Numbered from the stretch's first letter, positions 1-12,382 are shown. The stretch is 64,000 nt of DNA from Lama guanicoe (GCA_013239625.1 MU053881.1:11150873-11214872), one strand, 5' to 3'. Translations and numbers: made by a program. Notes: generated by a model not told the origin, from the letters alone.

Positions 1-1725
1 TGTTCTTTCACAAAATTGAACTTACTGGGGTGACATTATTAAAGGTACTTTCTTCCTTTATATGCCTTTAAAAACAGAGTAAGATTATACTTTACACCTG
101 CATTTCTCTAATCAAAACAGAAGAGAGATGTTTTTAACAGAGTCCAAATACCCTGTTTTGTCTTTGGGCCTCAAGTCTGAGTATCAATAGTGTTCCAATA
201 ACATAAGGTTATGCCCATATACGTATATGTATGGACATGTTCCCTTCCATTTCTGAAGCACTCACTGCTATAGTTTCTAAGCATTCAGTCATGATAATTA
301 CTTTTTAATTAGCTGAGTGCCCCACTTTGTTCATTTAAGAAGCATTCATGCAATATTGAAGACTAAAATTGTATTTTAAATTAACTAAAACTCCTTAAAG
401 TCAGGGGTTATTTCTTAAAATTCTTTGTAGCACAAATTCACAGTGCAGTGTTAAGATTTACTGATTGGTAACTTTTTAAAAAAAGTTTTACTAAGGTGTC
501 AATCATAATACTAGCTAATAAGTAAAACAAGCAGATACGCATTGTTTACTCTTTTTAATCTATGAAAAATGTGAGAGTGTTCTAAGAGTATTCATTTACG
601 GACATTTCATCTCAAATTTTTCTGAGTATGAGCGATTTGTGGAGTCTATTTTTGCCCTTGCTGTTTTGTACTACTTAAGCAATCAAACATGACAGAATGT
701 GCAATTATTCCGAGGGGTGGAGGAGGGCCTCCACACGCACAGACTTTGTTTCACTCCTGCTTTCAATCTTGATAGACGTGCAGTTATTACACAACTGTAT
801 CTTGAAACCATCAAAATAGTCAGTTATTTATAAAAACAAGAAAGAGCCTACAGATATGTATTTCCAAATTAAACTGCTGAGACATTTTTATTCCTACTTA
901 ACATTTGTATTTCTAAGTAATTACGAGCCTGCTCTTCATAGAATGGATTTGTTAGACTGTCATACAGATAAGTATGTTCATTACTATCACGCTCACCTTT
1001 CCCGAATATTCTAAAACCTTGTGGTTTATATTTTACTTACTGACTACTCAGAATGATTCTCCCTAGGTTAGTTCTATCCATTTTTAAAAAATAATTAACT
1101 GGATGAACATAGAAAACAAAATCAGAGAATTCTAATCTCAAAGTGTTTAAAAAGCAGGAATTTTTTTTTTTTTTGCTGTGTATTTGGCCCCAGAATATCT
1201 GAATGTGGAGAATTCAACTGAACTTTGTACTGAGAAAACACAAATTTAGGCTCAGTCCATTTGGAATGTGACAGACGGTGAAATAGTAAATTACCTTGTT
1301 CACTTGAACTTCATGATATGCTAAAAAGGTGAGCTCTTTACATGGGTTTACAACTTGTACACTACATGTGTTAAACCTATATAACTCGCTTAACATCATG
1401 GTTTCCTTTTCATCAATATTGCAAAAAAATGAAAGAAAATTGATCTCTCCACACTTTCATGGACAGCTAACACGTTCACTGCAAACAACATTTTCACTCC
1501 TGTTAAGATTACTATTCAATATCTGTACCAACTACGTGCAAGGATATGTCAGAATGCCATTTGAATACATATATAGTAGGCACGCTGAGAGTAACAGCTA
1601 TTTTTATTATTTAAATTTTACTCCAGATTGACCCATAACTCTATAATGAGAATTTATATGTAACAGCAGGCAAATCTTGATAATCATGCATGTTAAAATA
1701 ATTCTGTTTCAGATCGTTTGAGATC

Positions 1726-1880
1726 ATTCCCTGACCACATCACCTTCACTAAAGTAGCCTTCCACACTTCTATTTTCTACCCCCCTACACAGTTCTGTTT
1801 TTCCCGTGGTTCTTTTCCTTTTCTGAAATTATGGTATTCATCTATTTTTTTATGAGTTTATCTGTCACCCACATCAGAAT
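1726..1880 (+). mobile_element. L2 (L2a-like) 3' fragment
   Basis: ttccctgaccac...ttctgtttttcc...tttatctgtcacccacatcagaat follows the L2 3' consensus pattern; heavily diverged. Confidence 0.6.
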
Positions 1881-1929
1881 AGTTATAAGAACAGCAGCAA
1901 TAACAACAATATGTAACATCATTCAACAG

Positions 1930-2078
1930 TAACTAATATTTACTGAGAACTTACTATAAGCCAGAAACGACCCACGGCCTTTACAAGTATTAACACGTAT
2001 AATCTTCATAAGGACACTATGACCTTGGTACTACTATTATGCCCCTTCGATACATGAAGAAACTGAGTGATAGAGGTT
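1930..2078 (-). mobile_element. MIR SINE
   Basis: taatatttactgagaacttacta...atgaagaaactgagtgatagaggtt matches the reverse complement of the MIR core. Confidence 0.8.
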
Positions 2079-2544
2079 TCCTGGCCCATCTGCAATTCAG
2101 GTCACACAATCCTCTCTCCAAAGCTGCCTCTTCAATAGTCTTTATCTTTCCTCTTCACTGTCTTCTGCCTTACTCATAGTTCACTGCTAATTTCTACAAC
2201 CAGAATCACCACTCTCATAATAGTGAAATAAGTGTTTCAGCAAAGGTTTTAAAAATGCATTTGGGGAGCAAAAATTTTTAGCACATAGGCACACACCCCC
2301 TATATGTTTATTTCTAATGAATAAAATAGTTATGGAATAGTGACCAGAGATATAGTCCATTTTGTACTTTTTAAATATTTCTCTGAGTAAACCAGAACAC
2401 TGAAAGCTTTGTCTTCAACATTCTAGTGGCTCCTTCCTATCTGCCTCAAAAAGCCCCACATAATTATTTATACTGAACTGTTTAAGTGAATTCTATTTAA
2501 AAAAAAAAAAAAAGAGTTGTCACATTGCCACATTGCTATTCCCA

Positions 2545-2720
2545 CTTCCTGTTCCAAGCCGGTTTCTGTCCCTCCGAATGCACTGAGATATTCCAGTCAA
2601 GGTCACCGGTGACCTCTATCTCCATGTTCTCAAAGGAAATGGTTACACTTTACTCCATCCTCTCTCACCTTCTCAGATGCCCCCAGGCCAGTTTCCCACC
2701 TAGCTCACAAGCACTTCCAT
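2545..2720 (+). mobile_element. L2 ORF2 (reverse transcriptase) fragment, decayed
   Basis: caagccggtttctgtccc...cactgaga...gtcaaggtcaccggtgacctc; the translation QAGFCP..TE resembles the L2/CR1 RT motif QSGFRP.HSTETAL.KV.NDL. Confidence 0.7.
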
Positions 2721-3334
2721 CTCAGTATCTTCTGCTTTCGCACCTCTAAGTTATGAATATGAAGTTATTCAGGAAAAGATACAATTATTCAGATGAAGCT
2801 GAGGTAAATCAGTAAACCAAATTTGAATATAAAGTCTTGTCTTTAAGTTGCTCTCCTGAGAGTCCAAAGCTTAAAAAAAAAGGCTCGTCTTTTGGCCACA
2901 GATGGTTTGCACAATTAGACTACAAGCTTCAGAGATGCCAACTCAAAGAATGACCAGTAATTTGCAGTAATTTACTAACTGCACGTTTCTGCTTCAAATA
3001 CTTTGCTTCTTGTCTCTTGCCCTCCTCTCTTTTTCCAAGACTATATCAAGAAACAATATCTAAAAGTACACCTATCTTTTACACTCAAACTCTGGAACCT
3101 CTTCTTCAAACAACAAGACAGCCATCTCTGAAGGCTGACAAAAACACTGTGCATCACACAGGTGTAAAATAGTAATCTTATTTTCCCACTCTGGACAGCA
3201 AGAGACTGTATGCCTGGAATTAAGTACCCATGCTGAGACAGTGTAAGTTAAATAAACGTGCTGAATGCTCAAACTACTCTAATTTACATTATTCTGAAAG
3301 ATAATAATGATGAGGGTGAGGGTAGATAAAAAAA

Positions 3335-3440
3335 TATGTTCTGGTCAAATAGTTTTGGTGTATATTGTTTACTATTTTTCTACTTGAGAGTTCACGGTAC
3401 ATATTTGCATATTAAAGGCTCTGAGAAGTACTTTGGAACA
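3335..3440. mobile_element. hAT-Charlie-type MER DNA transposon fragment
   Basis: ggtcaaatagttttgg...gcatattaaaggctctgagaagt resembles ancient MER (Charlie) MITE sequence; subfamily uncertain. Confidence 0.45.
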
Positions 3441-4819
3441 TTATTTTGTGCTATGCTAACTTGGAAAATGTTATTAAAGAAAAGTTATCTGAATACACAA
3501 AGTCAGAAACACTGTTTACATCAATCTGTTGTCATTATTTATTACTATAATTGTTACTATTATCATCATCATTATCATCCTAGATCAGGATCCTTACTTA
3601 AGTTGACGGAGGAAGAGAAATTTCAGAATCACTTTTTTAAAAAAAATCTCTCTCTTTAGGCCTATCCAAAATGTTCTCAGTCATCTCTGAAGGAGAAAAA
3701 CCAGGGAGACACATCCTTTGGAAAAGCTCTGCGGATGATCTGAATACAGATATCTGAATACTGATACTTCCTCCTCCAGTTTTGTCTTTCCCCCAACCAC
3801 TCATCTATATCAACATTCCAATGTTTCATTTCACTGTGTTTTGTAAAAGAGCATATTAATCTCTCAAGACCAAATCTGACAGACATAATAGCAAACTTTG
3901 CAACTATCCCATAGTTTGAACTATTCAAAGCAAGCTTTGCTCTTCTTTCCCATTTCAGGTAGTTATCTAAACTATTAGATTTTAGGTAGTTATATTTATA
4001 TACAACTATATATATTTTATATATAACTATATATGTATTTTTAGTTATCTACGTTTACAGAAATAATGGTGCACTTATTTTCAAGAATTCTCAATGTTTC
4101 CTGATCCTCAAATATCAACTAAACATATTTTTTCCCCTTCAAAAATGTAAGTATTCATTTCCCATAAATCCCATAAGCCCTATCAAGGGAGACAAGTATC
4201 AAGCATTTCACTTCTAGGCAGACACTCCCCTCAAAGCATGTCTATGCTGGGCCCACACATTGTGCTGCAGATTCTCCTATAGTGAGTTAAAAATTACTCA
4301 GAATTGTAGTCTCTCAGCTGAGTACTACATCTTAACAACTACTATGTGAATTTTGTCAGAGGGAAAATATCAATAATCATTATGTTTATAAAATTATACT
4401 TATATTATTTAAAACAATATTCAAATATGAGGAAGCAGTGGATAAGATGAAATTAAATTTACCAGTGATGTATTTTTCACATTATTTAGAGGCACGGTCC
4501 ATTTAAAGCTAACTGGATCTGGCATTGGTTATTTTGGATTGATGGTCTGCTTTGACCACGCTGGCCAAGCTGGTTGTAAGACATTTAACTTCAAGTTCCA
4601 ACTGGCTTTTGCTTTACATATGTGTATTCAGTGTTCACTCATCTGGCTTTAGTAAGAGTCCCATTTTAATTTGTGAAGGATTTGTCCCCTTTATCAACTG
4701 ATATTTATTCATTTTACTTGACTTCCAAATTGGCAGGGTATTTCTAGTGCCATCACATGGCATCCAAACTTACAAGGCTGATCAAATTTCAGATGCAGGT
4801 CATAATAAACCATAATCTT

Positions 4820-4958
4820 CCATTCATTGAAAATTCACTGAGTGTACAGCCTTTTGCTTGTACAGCACCCAGTAGGCAAAAGAGCAAAGGGGAAGACAGT
4901 TCGTAAGTGTCATAAGGAAGACATGGTTACTTCCCTCAAAGGATTTACAGTCTAGTGA
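4820..4958 (-). mobile_element. L2 3' end fragment
   Basis: cattcattgaaaattcactgagtg...aagacatggttacttccctcaaaggatttacagtctagtg. Confidence 0.6.
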
Positions 4959-5473
4959 ACCCCCCCTTTTTATATGCAACTTGAGTGGCATTCACTTCTG
5001 TCTATAAGTTATAAATCAAAATAATTTTATAGCCTTCTTATTAAAACAAAAAAGCCAACCACTTCTGAATTTATAACCAAAAGAAGCACAAAAATTCTGG
5101 TAAATTAGACTGCTTAGTAGATTAAAAAATTAAACTTCTTTATGAAAGAGAAGCATTGTTACAGCACTGAAATATAACTATTATTTTGTGGCTGGAATAT
5201 GCATATGTGAAGAAGACATATGCATATATTTTATACAGATGCAAAAACCGTCATCTTAGTTATAATGCCACTACTGACTTATCCAAGTGCTGCTTGGAAG
5301 TAATTATCTCTGCTAGTATATCACACAATTAAATAGTATCTCTTGATTAGAAATATTTTGACATAAATATATTTTCAACTCATCAGGAGAAAAAAATTAC
5401 CATAATACCTTCAGACCTAGATATGAGTATCAACTTTCAATCTCTAGTCAGGAAACTTTGATTTTAGCACCAA

Positions 5474-5918
5474 AGTAATGGAGCAGGACCCTGTGGGGCC
5501 TTCCTCCATATCCTTTGCTGTAGCTCATCCCAGAAATACCCAGATAAGAGTATTTTGTTTTTCAGATGCTAATACCCACCACCAAATGGAAGAAATTAAC
5601 TACTTGATGATTGAGACCATGTGGCCCCAGACCTACGGGCGCCTAGGGGTTGATAATGTTGACCGCCATGTTCCCTCCAAATCAACCAATCAGAAGATTG
5701 TGCACAAGCTGCTCACATACCCTGTCACCCCCATCACCAAGCTGGCCTTTAAATATATTTTGCTGGAACCTTTCAAGGAGTTTGGGGTTTCCATGGGCAT
5801 GAGCCACCCCGTCCTCCTTGCTCGGCCCTGCAATAAACCTTTCTCTGCTCCAAACTCCAATGTTCTGGTTTATTTGGCCTCATGGGGCATCAGGCACAGG
5901 AGCTTGCGTTTGGAGACA
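5474..5918 (+). mobile_element. ERV1-class solo LTR (~445 bp)
   Basis: Begins AGTAATGG (TG end mutated) and ends GAGACA; CCAAT 5686-5690, TTTAAATA 5748, AATAAA 5832-5837; 4-bp TSD CCAA (5470-5473) / CCGA (5919-5922) differing by one CpG-type change. Confidence 0.8.
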
Positions 5919-7659
5919 CCGACAATTAAAAACTCTCACAGGAGCCGATAGTTCTATAAAGCAAACTGATCTTACAGGAAACCCAAGACAGGTTTGTTTG
6001 TGTTTCCGCTAAGCATCTCTCTTTCCAGAAAGGAGAGGTCACAGCTGAGAGACTGGCTGAGAATATCTGCATGCAGCCAGCATCATGGATCTCCAGAGTC
6101 GGTAGCCTGCTTGGGGCAGAGGTGAATTACCTGGTTTATGGGGCTCAGATAGAGGTCACTTCTTGGATTGCAGTTCTGACTTGCCTGTAGTTTATTTTGT
6201 GTCAATGTGGAAGAAGCAGCTTGTGAATCCCTGTAGTGAAGCAAACCTTATCCTCTGTTTGAAGCTGGATTTACCCTGCGTTTCCATGATGAGATCTTAC
6301 AAACAAAATTCTCTTCTTGGCAGATATAAATATGAAGAGATTTAGCTTGTGATCCTCTCTGTGAATTGTTACAAGCTCCAAAATGTGACCATTAACATGT
6401 CAAAGAACATTTGGGGTAGAGGGTGGACATGCTTATTTCTAAGATGTACAAACTGAGACTCGAATCAGTTATTTTTCATGAAAAAAAGCACTCTACAGCA
6501 GACAACTTTTCTAAACAGTGCAGAATTTCGGTTGGTTGTAAAAAGGATTAACTATTCTGTATTCATAGAATGAACAGGAAATTATTTTAGTGATAATGTC
6601 ATTAAGGCAGCAGCAAAACTGGGACTAGGGAAACACCATCAGATCATTTTCTTGGGAACAAAATGTTGTGTTAACTTTATGGGCAGTGAAGGAAAAAAGA
6701 AAAATCCGGGTAACAGCTTTAATGTCCTTGCCAATTTCAAAATGCCTAACATAAGTAAAGAGCTAGCTGAGTTTCAAATACCCCTGGAAAGGTCATTATC
6801 TTGAGGCAGCATGAACATGTATAGTTGAATGTTTTTATGTCACTGAAGAGCACGTTTCAGAACAGAATTCTCCAGGTCTCAAAGTTGGCAATTCATGAAG
6901 GTAGAGTAAATTGCCAAAAACATTCTTTCAAACAGGAAGTGCTTAATGAAACAAAGCTGGATATCAGATACTCAAGAGGATTTTGTTGTTTTTGTTGTTA
7001 CCTGCAAGCAATTCTAAATATGTCAAATAGATCATTCACTGGCCTCAGGAGGGAGGCAGGGAAACATAATTGTTTTACTTCTTAACTTTAATGGGGACAG
7101 GACACTGAGTCACTGATTATTTACACCTTCTTTAGAATCACTGTTCTACCCTGCTGATATCATGTGAGTAGTTTGCAATAATGGAAAACCTATTTGGTTT
7201 CATTAAGGGAGAAGGTGTTCAAAGGCAATAAAATTTGTCAACCTGAGGTTGACTCTGCAGAAAATGATTTCAAAATGTTGTTTATTTTGTTAAGGAGATT
7301 CTCCTTCTATGTAAATATGATAGAGAGGATAATAGACATAATAAGCTAATTATCATCAAGTGAGCAAGTATGAACCATAGGTAGACTTTTAGTAATGAAA
7401 ACTGGGTTAAATTGCACAAATCTAAGCATTTTAATGTTTCAACCATATGTAAATGCAATTTTTTTTTTTTACAGTTAGGGTGATTCTATCTGCACAACAG
7501 AGGTTTCACATGGGCTTATTTCAGTTCTAGATAAAGGACCAGAACCCCTTTTCCCCCTCTGCCTCCTTAAAATGTAGTATCTCTTTTCCCTAGACTCTCT
7601 CACTTGTAGAATTCACAGGTATGAGCACTAGACTCCAGCTTACTTTGTTTTTTTTTCCC

Positions 7660-8400
7660 CCCAACTTTTTTGGGTCCAATTTACTCAAAGACAAATACAT
7701 AATAAATCTTAAGTGTACCACCCAATGAATTCTGACAGATATGCACACCCAGGCAACCCAAATCTTCTCAAGTTACAGAATATTTCCAACACAACAGCAG
7801 TTTTCTCATGCCCCTTACCAGCTAAATCCGAATACCCCGCTGCCAGAGCAATCCTTATTCTAACATTTTTCACCTTTTCAGAAACATGATATTAATAGAA
7901 TCATATGAAGGTCTTTATTTAGAATAATGTTTTTCAGATCTGTCTTGTTGCTACATGGTTTTGCAGTTTGTCCTTTTTCATTACGGAGTAGGACTACTCC
8001 ATTATCTGAACATCCTAGTTTGTTTACCCATTCTCCTTGGTGATGGACATCCAGGCTGTTCTCTAGTTTGGGCTGTTACGAATAAAGCCATTATTAACAT
8101 TCTTACGCAAGTCTTTTTGTAGAGAGCTATTTTAACTTTTCTTAGCTAAATACCTGACAATAGGATTGCTCATAGGTATACACTTTGTTTTCTAATAAAT
8201 GCACAAGGTCTTTTGCCAAATTGTTGGCACCATATTACACTCTTACCAAAGAAGCCATGAGAGTTCATGTGCTAAATGGTCATTCCTATATTTTTCTTTG
8301 TGAATTATCTGTCCAACTGTTTTGTGCATTATTATACATTTCTTTTTTTTTTTAAATATTATGTTGTAGGAAGTCCTTATGTATTTTAGATAGACTCCAG
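7660..8400 (-). mobile_element. Old L1M (L1MB/MC/ME-like) 3' region
   Basis: cttaagtgtaccacccaatgaattctgaca...tgatggacatccaggctgttc...gaataaagccattattaacattcttacgcaagtctttttgt is typical antisense L1M 3' sequence. Confidence 0.8.
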
Positions 8401-8439
8401 CTTTCCTGAGGGGTGCTGAGGAAAGTACATAGACTTGAT

Positions 8440-8550
8440 ACATTTATTTATTCATTTGTTCACCAAGTGATTATAAGCTGTCTACCATGTTCCAAGGGCT
8501 GGTCAGGATGTTAATTAAGGACACAGTAGTGAATAAGAAAAACAACTGTT
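8440..8550 (-). mobile_element. L2 3' terminal fragment
   Basis: ttattcatttgttcaccaagtgattataagctgtctaccatgttccaagg...acacagtagtgaataaga. Confidence 0.6.
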
Positions 8551-8611
8551 TAAAATATAATACCATGTTTGATCATGATTATTAGGCAACATCTAAAACA
8601 CAACATTTTAA

Positions 8612-8741
8612 GGGAAGGAAGGTATAGGTCATACTGGTAAAGTACATGCTTGGCATGCATGAGATCCTGAGTTCAATCCAGTACTCCCTCTAAAAATAAA
8701 AAAGTAAATAAACCTAATTACCCTCCTCAAAGGAAAAAAAA
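8612..8741 (+). mobile_element. tRNA-derived camelid SINE (vic-1-like)
   Basis: ggaaggtatagg...tggtaaagtacatgcttggcatgcatgagatcctgagttcaatcc (B-box-like 8669-8679), then A-rich aaataaacctaattacc segment and A tail. Confidence 0.85.
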
Positions 8742-8749
8742 GTTTTACT

Positions 8750-8830
8750 AATCAGTCACTCATTCTTATCTGTAAAATGGGGATATGAGTACATGCCTTA
8801 TATAATTTTTATGAAGATTAAAAGAGAAAT
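8750..8830 (+). mobile_element. MIR fragment
   Basis: cttatctgtaaaatggggat...atgaagattaaaagaga is the MIR core. Confidence 0.8.
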
Positions 8831-8831
8831 T

Positions 8832-9149
8832 ACAGCACTACATACAATAGTCAAGATATGGAAGCAACCTAACTGCCCATGACTGGATGATTGGATAAAG
8901 AACTTGTGGCATATTTATACAACAGAATACTACTCAGCCATAAAAAGAATAAAACAATGACATTTGCAGCAACACGGGTGGACCTGGAGATCACCATTTT
9001 ATGTGAAATAAGACAGAGAAAGAAAAATACCATATGATAGTATTCATATGTGGAATATAAAAAAAGAAAAAAGAAGACACTAAGGAGCTCATCTACAAAA
9101 CAGAAACAGACTCACAGACACAGTGAACAATTTTATGGTTACGGGGGGA
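8832..9149 (+). mobile_element. L1 internal fragment (end of ORF2 and start of 3' UTR), no poly(A) tail
   Basis: acagcactacatacaatagtcaagatatggaagcaacctaa...tactactcagccataaaaagaat...acagaaacagactcacagaca; homologous to 27815-28130. Confidence 0.9.
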
Positions 9150-10106
9150 GTGCTTCTTAAGAGGTAAGCAAAGCCTTTGCTCTTTTAGTCCTTTTTCCTT
9201 CATAAGTGAAGAGTCACGATAAACTTGTAGGTACTTCTAAAATATGTAAGCTAGGAAAGTGCTGGGGTCTCATTAATTTTACCAATTGTGATGGAAAAGA
9301 GAAAAAGAAAAATAATATCTTCAGCTGTCAATAAATCAACTCACTAGAAGATACATTCTGAATCGAGTGCTTAATTTTCTGCAAAAGCTATTTTGTCAAT
9401 TTTAGATTCTTTAGGGGTGATGTGTAAACATCTTTTTAATGTTTTTAGGTTATACATAGCAGTTAATTATTGCTTAAGAGTAGTTTCATAAAACTATTCA
9501 CATGAAAGCATGAATTCAATGCTCTCAACTGCATCACGTGAACTAAAACACTTCTTTCTTCTCATTAATATCAAATTAGAAAAATATCCCATTTGCCATA
9601 TATTTCACTAAGTATGGCTTGCAGAACATCATTTTCCATAATCTGCCAAAGTCTCCTACACCTGCACAAAGATTACAACCTTGGTCATAATTAACCTATG
9701 GAAGAGAAATGAAATACACAAGCAATAGCAGTACTGTGGAGATGAAAAGAAATGTCTTCTATTGTATTTCTTAGAGAATATTAGATTAAAATTCAAATTC
9801 TTTCTAGTGACAGATTGTTACATGAATAAGAAATGGCATAAACAATCCATTTCAGGACAAAGATTTAGCAAAAGTAGGAAGGTTAATTATAATTGAATAT
9901 TCCCTATGGATATCTCGGAAGATATGCCTCAGTCTATTTCTTATTGACAGGTGGTAGTGTAAATTAAACGTGGTATTATGCATTCAAATTGGATTTCAAC
10001 TACTCATCATCCGTAGTGTAACATTAGAATTAGCCCTGATGATGACAGTCTAAAGATCATAATGAGAATAGGTGCCCTTTTCCATTCATACTGAAGTTTC
10101 ACTGGT

Positions 10107-10123
10107 GGGGAGGGTGGGGAGGG
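10107..10123 (+). other. Canonical G-quadruplex motif
   Basis: GGGG-A-GGG-T-GGGG-A-GGG: four G-runs with single-nucleotide loops. Confidence 0.75.
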
Positions 10124-10259
10124 TAGGAGTTGGAGATTGGATTCATAATTTTGTTATAATCTTTGCCACCTGAAAAATTCATTCCATGTATCAACAATCC
10201 AGAATATTAATACCGTACTGATTATTCTTTGAATTAATGACAGGCAAAAGGCCACTTGC

Positions 10260-10570
10260 CTTCCATAAGTATTGTGCAAAATCCAAAAAAAAAAAATGAG
10301 AAGGATTTAGAATCCTGTCATTCTACGATCAGTCACTGTTTATATAAACATGGGGATGTTAGTGTGTTCTCTAGGACCTCAGGCAAAAAAAATAAATAAA
10401 AGAAAGAAAGTCAGCAGTGAGGCATTGTTAAACAATGTTAACCAAGACAGTCCTTTATAAAAAAAAGGGAAAAAGAGAGCAAGAGACAGAGAGACAGAGA
10501 GAGGTGAAAGAGAGGAGGAGGGGGAAGGAATGGATGAAGGATTTGCCTCTCTGCTGACGGTCATGAGTGG
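10260..10570 (-). other. Candidate alternative first exon (5' UTR plus ATG GAA G) with GC-type splice donor
   Basis: Minus strand reads ...cacaatactt ATGGAAG|GCAAGT (ATG at 10266-10264, donor 10259-10254), preceded by a TC-rich leader in TE-free sequence; gene not identified. Confidence 0.3.
10465..10540 (+). repeat. GA-rich purine tract
   Basis: aagagagcaagagacagagagacagagagaggtgaaagagaggaggagggggaagg. Confidence 0.85.
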
Positions 10571-10760
10571 CTTTAATTGCGTGGCTCGGTGGTTCTCATT
10601 CAGAATTATACAAAGAAATCTGATGTGGAATTCTATGAAGATATCCATGTGCCTGGGCGTGCAAATGCTCAATACACTCCCTATGTAACTCTGATGCATA
10701 GCTTGCCTCGTGATCCTATGAAATATTTCTCAAAGCAAAAGTTGTGCATTATCTGCATTA
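10541..10760. promoter_or_regulatory. Candidate promoter/enhancer block
   Basis: Five CpGs in ~155 bp (10558-10710) in a CpG-depleted window; palindrome TGACGGTCA 10555-10563 overlapping TGCTGA; TAATTG; no TE signature. Confidence 0.3.
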
Positions 10761-11055
10761 GAAAAAAGCACTGGGAGCAGGAAAAGGGGGTGCTTGCTGA
10801 AAGTTATGGGTCCTACTCTGATGTTACTGATTCAGTTTCTCTGAGAGTGAGACCTGTTTTTTTTAGCACCATCTGCAGGTCTGATGATTCTCAACCATCT
10901 GTGGCATCCTGGCCATGCACTCTGTGATGGGCTGCTCCCTGGCCTGATGCTTCTGCTCCTCGACCAGCTGCCACACTTTTAAAGAGTGAGAATCTCTGGA
11001 GCAAGGTTGGAGAACTAGCACTTGGCCTCTCACTCATAAGGGCAATCTCAAAATA

Positions 11056-11501
11056 ATTTGCAGCAACATGGATGGACCTAGAGATTACCATTCTAAGTGA
11101 AGTAAGCCAGAAAGAAAAAGAAAAATACCATATGATATCATTTACATGTGGAATCTTAAAAAAAAAAAAAAGAAAAACAAACCTATTTACAAAACAGAAA
11201 GAGACTCACAGACAGAGAAAACAAACTTATGGTTACTGGGGTGGTGAAGGTGGTGGGAAAAGATAAATTGGGAGTTCGAGAGATTTGAAGACTAATATAT
11301 ATAAAATAGATAAACAAGTTCGTACTGTACAGCACAGGGAACTATATTCAATGTCTTGTAGTAACCTATGGTGAAAAAGAATATGAAAACAAATATATGT
11401 ATGTTCATGTATGACTGAAGCCTTATGCTGTACACCAGAAATTGACACAATATTGTAAACTGATTATACTTCAATAAAAAATATATATAAGAAAAAAAAA
11501 A
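11056..11501 (+). mobile_element. 5'-truncated young L1 (3' UTR and A tail)
   Basis: atttgcagcaacatggatggacctagagattaccattctaagtgaagtaagccag...cttcaataaaaa followed by an A-rich tail; no clear TSD seen. Confidence 0.92.
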
Positions 11502-12382
11502 CCTAGGTAAGAAAGGTTAAGACAGGGATGTCCCATGATGATCTACTCTGATTGTTCTGTTTGTGAAATTGATATATTGTTTCAGCTGTTAAAGAACATT
11601 TGACTGACAGGACCATAGCATTTTCAAGCCACAATTTCCTCAAATGTTTCATATGTTTCTGGTTAGTCATTAAGACTAACAACTAAGAATGATTTTGTTT
11701 AAAATTATTGCTAGTTACCATGCAGGAAGATTGAAGAAAAACAGTTGGCACATAATACTAGATATCTGAACACAAGTATAACACATAACAAGTAGCTTCA
11801 ATAAAACAAATGTCCATTTTCTTTTAATTTGTCTCCAAACAATTGCCTAAAATTTAAACTGCAAGAAACAGTGATTATAATAGCATCTGGTAGAATTTCT
11901 ATCTCAACAGAGTATTTTTTTTAAATAACTGCATGTAATTATTCATGACATTTGGGATTATTGAACACAAATAGAAGAAAAGGAATGAAATGTTAAGCCT
12001 TCCTGGGGATAAAAAATATTGTATATCTTTATTATAACTCCTGATTTAATTAATGTATTCTTAATGCCATCTGGTCAGATTATCTTAAAAACTAACAAAA
12101 GAGATCAATCGGACACTTAACAAACAATAAATCTGAAAGTGTAATACCAGAACATTGATATTATGCCATCAACAGAACTAGAGTAATGCAAAAAATAAAA
12201 AACAAAAGAAGGAAACCATCTTAGTCAACTTGAGTACACATTTAGTATGATCTCGGCCTGAAGAAGGGAAACTCTTTTTCTTATTCTCCCAATCATTACC
12301 TTATATATAACAATAATCATATATTTAAAGAAAAGTGAGACGTGTACCTGCTCCAAAAGCTTTCCAGGTAGAAAGTAAGAAT

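Noticed and set aside
1295..1500. Minus-strand donor-like AAG|GTAATT at 1295/1294 with a short ORF
   Set aside because: No convincing acceptor giving a recognisable peptide; could be chance or a non-coding exon.
5478..5951. 157-aa ORF
   Set aside because: Lies almost wholly within a solo LTR and shows no gag, pol or env motifs.
8616..8690. tRNA-like sequence (also at 22315-22389)
   Set aside because: These are SINE heads followed by A-rich tails, not intact tRNA genes.
10577..10927. 116-aa + strand ORF in the promoter-like block
   Set aside because: Non-ATG start, no recognisable homology and no splice signals.
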